Source: a virus. Taken from it: DNA of 41,763 bases. The notes beneath the pieces are model-generated. The model was not told where the DNA came from and did no database searches. It was given only the letters and a program-made list of their open reading frames with translations. This document shows positions 31,765 to 38,830 of the stretch, one piece after another. A program made the translations under genes and the position numbers. Positions within the stretch are counted from its first letter, which is position 1. Each line of letters starts with the position of its first letter. The stretch covers positions 1 to 41,763 of IMG/VR virus record IMGVR_UViG_3300005987_000004, one strand, 5' to 3'.

Positions 31765-32148
31765 ATGTGTGATTCTTCTGTGGAGCGTGTTCCGCAGGTC
31801 GGCGAAGTGTGGCGTTCAACCAATCTGCCGTCTGAGCGCATCATTGTGGCGGTGTTGCCCGATCACCCATACTTGGTTGTGGTGGTCGGTCCCGAGGGTG
31901 GTGAGCCGTGGGTGTGTCGGGTTGAGTTGTTGACCCCGCCGCCCCCGCCGCCGCCCGCATGGGTTCGACCCAAGATCGACGCCTACCGCAACGCTGTCGG
32001 CAACATCTACTCCCACCAAACGCTGATAAGCTGGCATCCTAGTGATGATGCTGCTGATCGCATGGCGCACGGAAGGCGCATTGGCAAGGTGTACGCGAAC
32101 GACCCTGATCGTTGGGTGCCGTGCAGCGGCAAGGAGGTGCTGTCATGA
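31765..32148 (+). CDS. Hypothetical protein with an SH3-like N-terminus and a Pro tract
   Basis: ATG immediately after the upstream TGA. VGEVWRS...IIVAVL, then PPPPPPP. Confidence 0.65.
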   Translation: MCDSSVERVPQVGEVWRSTNLPSERIIVAVLPDHPYLVVVVGPEGGEPWVCRVELLTPPPPPPPAWVRPKIDAYRNAVGNIYSHQTLISWHPSDDAADRMAHGRRIGKVYANDPDRWVPCSGKEVLS

Positions 32149-32222
32149 AGTCCGCATGGTGGCTGCTGACCCCGCCAGTGGTGGCGGTCGTGGTGTTCCT
32201 GTTGGCACGGTGGCGGCCATGA
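32145..32222 (+). CDS. 25-aa single-TM micro-ORF
   Basis: AAGGAGG SD and ATGA coupling at both ends. MKSAWWLLTPPVVAVVVFLLARWRP. Confidence 0.45.
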   Translation: MKSAWWLLTPPVVAVVVFLLARWRP

Positions 32223-32419
32223 GCGTCGGCGATTACACCACCCAGGTCGAACGCTGCCAGGCTGAGCTGGTGGTGGAGTTGACGAAACACGCCGACCAAA
32301 TGGCCGACATTCTTGAAAAACTGGTGAACTGCCAGATCATCGAGGCCGAGGGCTGGAAGTTGGAAGAGGAAGCGTGGAACGCCGCCAAGGCGTACCGCGG
32401 GTTCGTGGGGGAGTGCTGA
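32219..32419 (+). CDS. Small helical hypothetical protein
   Basis: ATGA coupling. Confidence 0.6.
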   Translation: MSVGDYTTQVERCQAELVVELTKHADQMADILEKLVNCQIIEAEGWKLEEEAWNAAKAYRGFVGEC

Positions 32420-32470
32420 TGGCTGATCGGCGACGATCAACACGCCCGCCTACCCCAACCAGGAGAACCA

Positions 32471-32623
32471 ATGAACCACACCCTCATCCACACCACGGAC
32501 CTGCTCGCAGCGCTGCTCCGAGAAGCCATACGGTCAGACGAACCGCTGCTACCTGAACAGAAACAGCAAGCACGGCAGGCGCTCACCGACTACGACGAGA
32601 TCAGAGCAAGGCTGATGACGTGA
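32471..32623 (+). CDS. 50-aa hypothetical protein
   Basis: AGGAGA SD 5 nt before the ATG; below the ORF-track length cut-off. Confidence 0.5.
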   Translation: MNHTLIHTTDLLAALLREAIRSDEPLLPEQKQQARQALTDYDEIRARLMT

Positions 32624-32731
32624 CGACACTCCTCGTCCTCATCATCCTCCTACCCATCATCACCAACCAGCGGCGACGATGAAAACGCAAGCAACGCCCG
32701 CCATATGAGCGGGTAACATCAAAACACACAT

Positions 32732-32811
32732 GAAACCCCAACACAAACACGGAACAGCGACACCCTCAACGCCGAGGTCACGCCACCACCCGTGTTCTGT
32801 GTTGGGGTTTC
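32732..32811. repeat. Long inverted repeat (21/22-nt arms, 37-nt loop) immediately upstream of the integrase
   Basis: GAAACCCCAACACAAACACGG ... CCGTGTTCTGTGTTGGGGTTTC. Confidence 0.9.
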
Positions 32812-32840
32812 TGCGTTCCCACCCACCAAGGAGCAACCAC

Positions 32841-33785
32841 GTGAGCAACGACATCGTCGAATGGGTCGACTGGCTCCAAGACGTCCGCCAAGTACGCGGA
32901 GCCACAACCGACGCCTACAGGCGCACACTGTTCGAGTTCGCCAACTTCGTCGGCCACGAAAACTGGGCGACCGTAGACGGACAACAAATCGAAGCGTTCA
33001 TGGGCCGCGAACGCCGCGGCGGCATCACAGGAGCCGCCGCCACCCAAGACCGCGACCGTGTGGCAGTCGGCGGGTTCTACAAGTACCTGATGGCCCGAGG
33101 ACGCGTCCCAACCAACCCGATCGTTGACGTCGGCGTACCCAAGGTCCGCAACCGTCAACCCAGGGCCATCCCCGACCTGGTGTGGACGCGACTGTGGCAA
33201 GCCAGCAACCTGCCCGACGACGACCGACTATGGTTGGGGTTGGGCTGTTTCGCAGGGTTACGCCGTCAGGAGATCGTGTCCGTCGCCCCCTACCAGATCG
33301 ACCCCCAACGGGGGCTGATCTTACATCTGGAACGCAAGGGCGGTACCGAAGGCTCAATCGAGTACGTGGAACTCGCTCAGATCGTTTCTGAGCGTTTCCC
33401 GCACCTACTCCCCACCCCCGACGTTTGGACGTCTCTCGTGGCAAAATACGCCAGCGCACGGGCCTCTGAGCGTTGCCTCATCACCATGGACAGCCCAGCA
33501 ACCGACCTGACGCGCCTCAGGTCGTCATTCACGGACCCGAACCTGCCTGACCCTGCGGTCATCAACCGCCGACTCAAAACGGTACTCAGAACGGTTGGGC
33601 TGCCACCGAACGCGTTCACCCCGCACGCGTTGCGGCACACCTGCGCGACGAACCTCATCAGGGCGGGGCTACCCATCGAACTCGTCGCCGACATCCTCGG
33701 CCACTCCGACATCGACACCACACGACGCTACATCCGCTCCACAGGCATGCTGTCAGAATGGCGAACCCGACTGGCCGTCAATTGA
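32841..33785 (+). CDS. int: Tyrosine integrase
   Basis: AAGGAG SD before GTG 32841. GLRRQEI, HALRHTCATNLIRAG and LGHSDIDTTRRY (R..HxxR..Y catalytic pattern). Confidence 0.9.
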   Translation: MSNDIVEWVDWLQDVRQVRGATTDAYRRTLFEFANFVGHENWATVDGQQIEAFMGRERRGGITGAAATQDRDRVAVGGFYKYLMARGRVPTNPIVDVGVPKVRNRQPRAIPDLVWTRLWQASNLPDDDRLWLGLGCFAGLRRQEIVSVAPYQIDPQRGLILHLERKGGTEGSIEYVELAQIVSERFPHLLPTPDVWTSLVAKYASARASERCLITMDSPATDLTRLRSSFTDPNLPDPAVINRRLKTVLRTVGLPPNAFTPHALRHTCATNLIRAGLPIELVADILGHSDIDTTRRYIRSTGMLSEWRTRLAVN

Positions 33786-33799
33786 AACGCCCGTTTCAA
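33782..33799. promoter_or_regulatory. Palindrome copy 7: TTGAAAC-GCCC-GTTTCAA
   Basis: Perfect arms. Overlaps the integrase stop at 33783-33785. Confidence 0.85.
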
Positions 33800-33880
33800 A
33801 AACCACCACTGACACAGGCTCCGACCCGCCCCTACCGTGGGGAGGGGGATAAAGGGGGTGGGGCTACCGCCCCGTCCCGA

Positions 33881-33913
33881 CCGCCAACCGAACCCTCGGG
33901 GGTTCGTTGGCGG
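33881..33913. other. Stem-loop CCGCCAACCGAACCC-TCG-GGGGTTCGTTGGCGG
   Basis: Read directly from the sequence; one bulge. Confidence 0.75.
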
Positions 33914-33983
33914 TACAGGAACCGAAGCAACGACAGTCTGGTCCAGACACATGAACTGTGTCAGTTCACAAACCCCTACCACG

Positions 33984-34004
33984 GGAGACGCTCAGAGCGT
34001 CTCC
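33984..34004. other. Perfect palindrome GGAGACGCT-CAG-AGCGTCTCC
   Basis: Read directly from the sequence; 26 nt upstream of TTG 34030. Confidence 0.85.
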
Positions 34005-34029
34005 GTTCAAAGAAAGGAACGCTCTCACC

Positions 34030-34437
34030 TTGAGTGCATCCGCGTCAAGTCAGAAGTTTGTTGACCCCGTAACCGACGGTTGGATGGGGCCACACCTGGC
34101 CCACTACCTGTTCGGCGAATACCGCCACCCGAACAACACCGAAGAATGGTTGACGTTCTTCGAGCACCTTGTCCACGCCTACGACGTGTCCGAAGGCAAC
34201 ACCACCCCACCAACCACCACCGTCACCCGCAACGGCGTCGAGTACGAGCAGCCGCACGGCAAGGCAGCGATCAGCACCCTGCTCACCCCTGAGGCTCGCA
34301 GGTCGATGCACACCATGATCGACGAAGGCAAGTCGAACGGTGAGATCAGAGCCGAGATGGCCCGTGCGTTCGGCGCGGAAATCAAGTCGGACTACATGTG
34401 CCAGCTGCGTCGCCGCTACAAGGCGGTGAACCCATGA
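34030..34437 (+). CDS. Protein with a C-terminal helix-turn-helix (regulator candidate); start uncertain (TTG 34030 or ATG 34084)
   Basis: The C-terminus IDEGKSNGEIRAEMARAFGAEIKSDYMCQLRRRY looks like an HTH. Confidence 0.55.
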   Translation: MSASASSQKFVDPVTDGWMGPHLAHYLFGEYRHPNNTEEWLTFFEHLVHAYDVSEGNTTPPTTTVTRNGVEYEQPHGKAAISTLLTPEARRSMHTMIDEGKSNGEIRAEMARAFGAEIKSDYMCQLRRRYKAVNP

Positions 34438-34592
34438 GAAAGCTCGCCGTGCTCGCACTTCTCATCACACCCCTGGCGGGGTGTTCGCTCGAATCCGAAC
34501 CTGGCCCGAACCGCCGTGACGAATGTCGCAAACGTGGTGGCATGGTTCAAGAGAACCAGTTTGGCGACTACGCAGGCTGCGTGTTACCATGA
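34434..34592 (+). CDS. Small lipoprotein
   Basis: MRKLAVLALLITPLAGC: signal peptide plus an LAGC lipobox. ATGA coupling. Confidence 0.65.
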   Translation: MRKLAVLALLITPLAGCSLESEPGPNRRDECRKRGGMVQENQFGDYAGCVLP

Positions 34593-35407
34593 GGGTCATC
34601 GAGCGCGAGGACGCGCCCAACACATACGACATCACCATCCGCCAGTCCTGGCTGAAAGACGCCATCATGTGCAACGAACGAGGCCGACACGGCATCGTTC
34701 GAGGCAACTGGAACACGCCGAACGAACTCACAGCGTTCGGCACAGGCGCACACGCAGGCTTCGAGCTGAAACTGAACAACCCCAACGCCACCCACGACGA
34801 CATGCTGGACGCCGCCATGGCAGCGTTCGACGAAATCGCCGACGGCGGCACAATGCGCTGGGTGCGTTTGCAGCGCTACCAGATCGCACCCAAGATGGCC
34901 GACGCCGTCACCAACTGGATGGAAGGCATCTACCCGCACATCGAGGGCGACGTCCTCGGTGTCGAACACAACTTCACCTACCCACTCGAAACCATTGAGA
35001 TCGACGGCAAGACCCTGCACATTGCAGGGACAGGCACCATCGACCTTGTCACCTCCACGCAGATGTGGGACTGGAAGACCGCTTCCCGCAAGTACTCCCC
35101 GAAGGAGAAGCAGAAGCAGGACGTCCAGTCCACCATGTACGCAGGCGCAGCTGTCGCTGCTGGGTGGGCGTCCTGGCCGTGCACGTTCCAGTTCGGTGTG
35201 GTCATGCGTGACGGTGGGCATCAGATCGTTCCCGTGGAACGAGATGAGTCGCACCTGAACTGGTTGAAGCGAACGATCAGACCGTTCGTGCGGAACTACT
35301 TCAACATCGGGACGGATGAAGAGTGGGCGATGAACGACACAGGGTTTCTGTGTTCGGAGAACTGGTGTCCGTTCTGGTCGGTGTGTCGGGGGTGCCACTC
35401 GCAATGA
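34589..35407 (+). CDS. Cas4/RecB-family PD-(D/E)XK exonuclease with a Fe-S Cys cluster
   Basis: GTIDLV...WDWKT nuclease core. One N-terminal Cys and a C-terminal C..WCPFWSVCRGC. Confidence 0.8.
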   Translation: MRVIEREDAPNTYDITIRQSWLKDAIMCNERGRHGIVRGNWNTPNELTAFGTGAHAGFELKLNNPNATHDDMLDAAMAAFDEIADGGTMRWVRLQRYQIAPKMADAVTNWMEGIYPHIEGDVLGVEHNFTYPLETIEIDGKTLHIAGTGTIDLVTSTQMWDWKTASRKYSPKEKQKQDVQSTMYAGAAVAAGWASWPCTFQFGVVMRDGGHQIVPVERDESHLNWLKRTIRPFVRNYFNIGTDEEWAMNDTGFLCSENWCPFWSVCRGCHSQ

Positions 35408-35580
35408 GCTACGAACGCACCATCAACGATCTGATAAACCCCTGGCACGAAGAACGCTACGACCACAACACGTACGCGATCGCCGAGGATTTTAAAATAC
35501 TGGCAAAGCAAATCGCGAAACTCGAAGAACGGTTGGCGAAGCTGGAATGCAGGCCAGACCCGATGAGACCCATCCGATGA
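35404..35580 (+). CDS. Small coiled-coil hypothetical protein
   Basis: ATGA coupling. Confidence 0.55.
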   Translation: MSYERTINDLINPWHEERYDHNTYAIAEDFKILAKQIAKLEERLAKLECRPDPMRPIR

Positions 35581-35708
35581 CGGCCACCATCGCCCAGGCT
35601 GACACAGGCGGGAAACCGCTGCAAGAATCTTCCTGCGGGAGGGAGGCCCTGGACGGCCACTCCAAGGGCCACCTCCCGCCCCCTACCACAAGGAGTTGCA
35701 ACTCTTGA
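35577..35708 (+). CDS. Possible 43-aa ORF
   Basis: ATGA at its start and TTGA at its end give coupling on both sides, but it spans an SD-containing leader. Confidence 0.35.
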   Translation: MTATIAQADTGGKPLQESSCGREALDGHSKGHLPPPTTRSCNS

Positions 35709-36196
35709 CCCTTTCCACCAGTGAATCCATCGTCGCCCAGGTTGCGGCAAAGATCGCCGCAGACCTCGTCGACAAGAACGGCCAGTCCCTCGGTGCTGTC
35801 CTCGACGACTGGGACGCCGCGTTCCAGACCGTGAAGAAGTCGCTGTACGAAGCCCACGGTTTCGGTGACGGTTTCGCCCAGCAGGTCGCCGTGCCGCAGC
35901 AGAACAGCTACAGCAACAGCGCCCCCTCGTACAACATCGACCAGGCCGAACAGGCAATCAACAACACCTTCCAGGGCACCACCCCCGCCCAGCATTCCAT
36001 CCGAGTCAAGGGCGACCAGCACGGCCCCCTCCCTGACTGGCTGTTCGCCGAAGCAGCCGCCGCAGGCGTCGACGAAGTGTGGGACAACCGTGGCGATCTC
36101 GGCCCGAACGGCAACCGACCGCACTTCAAGTCCACCAGCAAGGACCCGAACGCCCCAGCGTTCTGGCCGCCGAAGCCCGCAGGCGCACGCCGATGA
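35705..36196 (+). CDS. Hypothetical protein
   Basis: CTACCACAAGGAG 9 nt upstream of TTG 35705. Confidence 0.65.
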   Translation: MTLSTSESIVAQVAAKIAADLVDKNGQSLGAVLDDWDAAFQTVKKSLYEAHGFGDGFAQQVAVPQQNSYSNSAPSYNIDQAEQAINNTFQGTTPAQHSIRVKGDQHGPLPDWLFAEAAAAGVDEVWDNRGDLGPNGNRPHFKSTSKDPNAPAFWPPKPAGARR

Positions 36197-36273
36197 CGGC
36201 TGCCATCGTCATCCTACTGCTCGGAGTAGTAGGTCTGTTCGCATTCGGCGAATGGCCGAGGCCGCGGTACTAG
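36193..36273 (+). CDS. 26-aa single-TM micro-ORF
   Basis: ATGA coupling. MTAAIVILLLGVVGLFAFGEWPRPRY. Confidence 0.4.
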   Translation: MTAAIVILLLGVVGLFAFGEWPRPRY

Positions 36274-37362
36274 ATGGACCCAGCACTCATCCTCGAACGA
36301 GTGCAAGCAGTGAAGAACGGGGAGCCACTCCACACGGGGGTGGCTCCCCTTCCGTCTCCCGACCTGGACACACTGCCTGACACCCCACCCGCCCCCCGCT
36401 ACTACAAACCACTCACCGAAGCCGCCGACGCCTTCGTCCGCTGGACCCAACACCCCGAACGCCAAGTGTTCACAGGGTTCAAACCCATCGACGACAGAAT
36501 GCGCGGAGTCGCCCCAGGCGAACTCGCCATGATCGTCGGCTACTCACACTCAGGCAAAACGTTGGCGCTCATGGAACTGCTACGGAACAACCGTGACCGT
36601 CTCGTCAACTACTTCTGCCCCGACGAACCACGGGTACTCACCCTCGTCAAACTCACCTGCCTCGTACACGACCTGAACGCACTCGATCTCGAAAGGCTCA
36701 TCCGTGAAGACGACTACGGGGCCATCGAACTGCTCCGCTCCACAGCAGCAGAACACTTCTCCAACCTCGCCGTGTTCGACGACCCGATCAGCATCGTCGA
36801 CATGGAACGAGCCTCCGAAGAAATCGCCGACATCCGAGGCAACAAAGAAGATGTCGTTGTCCTCGACTACCTCGAACTCATGCAAGGTGGAGGCGAAGAT
36901 GTTGCATCGAAAGCGAACACGGTCAAAGCGTGGGGAAGGCGTCGAGATGTTCCCCTCATCGTTCTCCACCAAACGTCTCGCACGTCAGGTGCGGACGGTC
37001 GTCCGATCACCATTTCGTCTGGCGCGTTCGGTGGGGAGCAGCAGGCGACCCACATTATCGGGGTGCGTCGGAAGCTTGCTGACATCAACAGCCGCCTTCG
37101 TGACGTCGACGAAAAGTTGGCGTCGGGCGGCAAACAGACACAGGCTGAGAGATTGATGGAGGAACGGGCGATGCTGCTGCGTGACGCAGAAGTGCATCGC
37201 CACACGGTCACCTTGAACCTTGTGAAGAACAAGCGTGTGGGTGGCGAACTGTTGGAAGAAGGTGTCGACTTTGAGATCGGTCAAGGGACTGGTCGGTTGA
37301 CACCGCTACGCAACGGCGATTTGCCGTTGCAGTACCGAATGCGACACATGGAGGACTTCTGA
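36274..37362 (+). CDS. DnaB-like replicative helicase (RecA-fold C-terminal domain only)
   Basis: GYSHSGKT Walker A, VVVLDYLELM Walker B, LHQTSR. Confidence 0.8.
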   Translation: MDPALILERVQAVKNGEPLHTGVAPLPSPDLDTLPDTPPAPRYYKPLTEAADAFVRWTQHPERQVFTGFKPIDDRMRGVAPGELAMIVGYSHSGKTLALMELLRNNRDRLVNYFCPDEPRVLTLVKLTCLVHDLNALDLERLIREDDYGAIELLRSTAAEHFSNLAVFDDPISIVDMERASEEIADIRGNKEDVVVLDYLELMQGGGEDVASKANTVKAWGRRRDVPLIVLHQTSRTSGADGRPITISSGAFGGEQQATHIIGVRRKLADINSRLRDVDEKLASGGKQTQAERLMEERAMLLRDAEVHRHTVTLNLVKNKRVGGELLEEGVDFEIGQGTGRLTPLRNGDLPLQYRMRHMEDF

Positions 37363-37667
37363 TGAAGCAAGAATTTGATCGTGAACTACTCGCCGAACTG
37401 GCCTACATGCCAGAAGGCTCAACCTACGAAGGGCACACCATCGTTCGGAACCAGATCGTCGGCCGCAGCCGATGGTCGACGCAGCACGAACTGATCTTCC
37501 TTGACCCCGACCTGCGGCACTGGCGCATCCCGTTCACCGACGGTGCGACAGAGATGCAGTACCAGGACCCGTTCGAGTACGACGAATGTGTTGCAGAGTT
37601 GGTGGAGCCGTACTCGAAGTCGACGGTTGAGTTCCGTGCGCTGGCCCCCAGCGAGGTGGCGGCATGA
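37362..37667 (+). CDS. Hypothetical protein, paralogue of 41399-41707
   Basis: Shared RW..hF, GATEMQ and V.P blocks. Confidence 0.65.
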   Translation: MKQEFDRELLAELAYMPEGSTYEGHTIVRNQIVGRSRWSTQHELIFLDPDLRHWRIPFTDGATEMQYQDPFEYDECVAELVEPYSKSTVEFRALAPSEVAA

Positions 37668-38206
37668 GTGAGGGCCGAGACGCACTCCTCTGGCTAGACA
37701 TCGAAACCACAGGACTCGACTACCAGAACGACGACATCATGGAGATCGCCTGGGCGATCACCACCATGAGGGGCGACCTGCTACCCTACAGCGGGTACTA
37801 CCTGTGCCAGCCAGACTGCAACAAACTGAGTGATTTCACATTGAAGATGCACACCGACAATGGGCTGGTCCACGACCTGCACGTCGACCACTTCCCCAGG
37901 TGGGGCGTCAAAGGCGCTGGCCGCCACATCGAGGCCCGCATCGCCGCAGCCAAGGGACACAACCAGTTCCAGAACATCCACCTCGCAGGCGCGTCCGTCC
38001 ACTTCGACCGCACCTTCCTCGCCACCAAAGGCGTCAACCTTGACGGCCTCACCCACCGTCACGTCGATCTGTCGTCGCTCAAGTTGGCGTTGGCGGCAAC
38101 AGGTCGGGCGGCGCAGAAGCGGACCCCACGCCATCGGGCGTGGTGGGACGTGATGGACGAGATCGACGAGTACCGCACACTGCTTTCCATGATCGGAGGA
38201 AGATGA
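37664..38206 (+). CDS. DEDDh 3'-5' exonuclease (oligoribonuclease-like)
   Basis: WLDIETTGL, HLAGASVHFDRTFL and HRAWWDVMDEIDEY. Confidence 0.8.
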   Translation: MSEGRDALLWLDIETTGLDYQNDDIMEIAWAITTMRGDLLPYSGYYLCQPDCNKLSDFTLKMHTDNGLVHDLHVDHFPRWGVKGAGRHIEARIAAAKGHNQFQNIHLAGASVHFDRTFLATKGVNLDGLTHRHVDLSSLKLALAATGRAAQKRTPRHRAWWDVMDEIDEYRTLLSMIGGR

Positions 38207-38361
38207 GTTACGAAACGGCCGCAATCGAAGAGCTGAGAGAAATCCTCAGCCTACACCCCGAAGAAGATGACGACGTCGTCATCGAACAAGCCATCGCAGC
38301 CATCGAACAGCTGCGCTACAACGCGCTGAAAGGCAAACCAGCATGCCTGAACCCAAGATGA
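38203..38361 (+). CDS. Small acidic hypothetical protein
   Basis: ATGA coupling. Confidence 0.5.
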   Translation: MSYETAAIEELREILSLHPEEDDDVVIEQAIAAIEQLRYNALKGKPACLNPR

Positions 38362-38480
38362 TTCTGATCGTCTGCCCCACATGCGGGTTCTCCTACAAAC
38401 AGTTCCCCCACATTGATTCGTGGTGCAACAAAACAGGCGCTTGTCGGCGCTCGAACAAACCAATGGAGGCAAAGAAATGA
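38358..38480 (+). CDS. 40-aa zinc-ribbon micro-protein
   Basis: ATGA coupling at both ends. CPTCG...C..TGAC. Confidence 0.45.
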   Translation: MILIVCPTCGFSYKQFPHIDSWCNKTGACRRSNKPMEAKK

Positions 38481-38830
38481 GCAACCTAACCTGGAAGTTC
38501 AACGAGGGCGACGGCCACTGGTGGGACACCGTCAACAACCTCAGAGACGACAACCCTGAACTCGTCGAATGGGGATTCGACCCTGCCGAAGACATCCTCA
38601 ACATCTGCGCCTGCGGCTCCCCCGACGTCATCGTCGACTGCATGCGCGACTACCTCACCCACCTGCGGCACCACCCGCACACCCAGTACGTCAAGTCCGC
38701 AGAACCTGCCACACTCCTGGTCGCCTACATGGCAGACCAGCTTGGATTCACCGACCACGGCGGGTCGATCTACGGGGCATGGTTGGACGACGCGGGCCGA
38801 CGGTGGCTCGAACTCGCAGGAGAACGATGA
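38477..38830 (+). CDS. Hypothetical protein
   Basis: GGAGG SD; ATGA coupling. Confidence 0.65.
   Translation: MSNLTWKFNEGDGHWWDTVNNLRDDNPELVEWGFDPAEDILNICACGSPDVIVDCMRDYLTHLRHHPHTQYVKSAEPATLLVAYMADQLGFTDHGGSIYGAWLDDAGRRWLELAGER

Noticed and set aside
32374-32556. Plus-strand 60-aa ORF
   Set aside because: It is an Arg/Pro/His-rich off-frame ORF. The SD-preceded ATG 32471 in another frame is the better small gene.
32730-32840. Extended integrase N-terminus from ATG 32730 (351 aa)
   Set aside because: The extension is a His/Pro/Arg/Ser-rich read-through of the inverted repeat. GTG 32841 has a proper AAGGAG SD and gives a typical 314-aa tyrosine recombinase.
23864-33799. TTGAAAC palindromes considered as classical ECF (TGAAAC-N16-CGTA) promoters
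   Set aside because: No conserved CGTA/CGT box lies 16-17 nt downstream of any copy, and the dyad symmetry fits a dimeric binder better.
27938-33913. tRNA-like GGTTCG segments (about 27941, 28105, 33899) considered as tRNA genes or an attP core
   Set aside because: None has a complementary T-stem, an acceptor stem or a cloverleaf context, and two are inside the amidoligase CDS. No tRNA is called.
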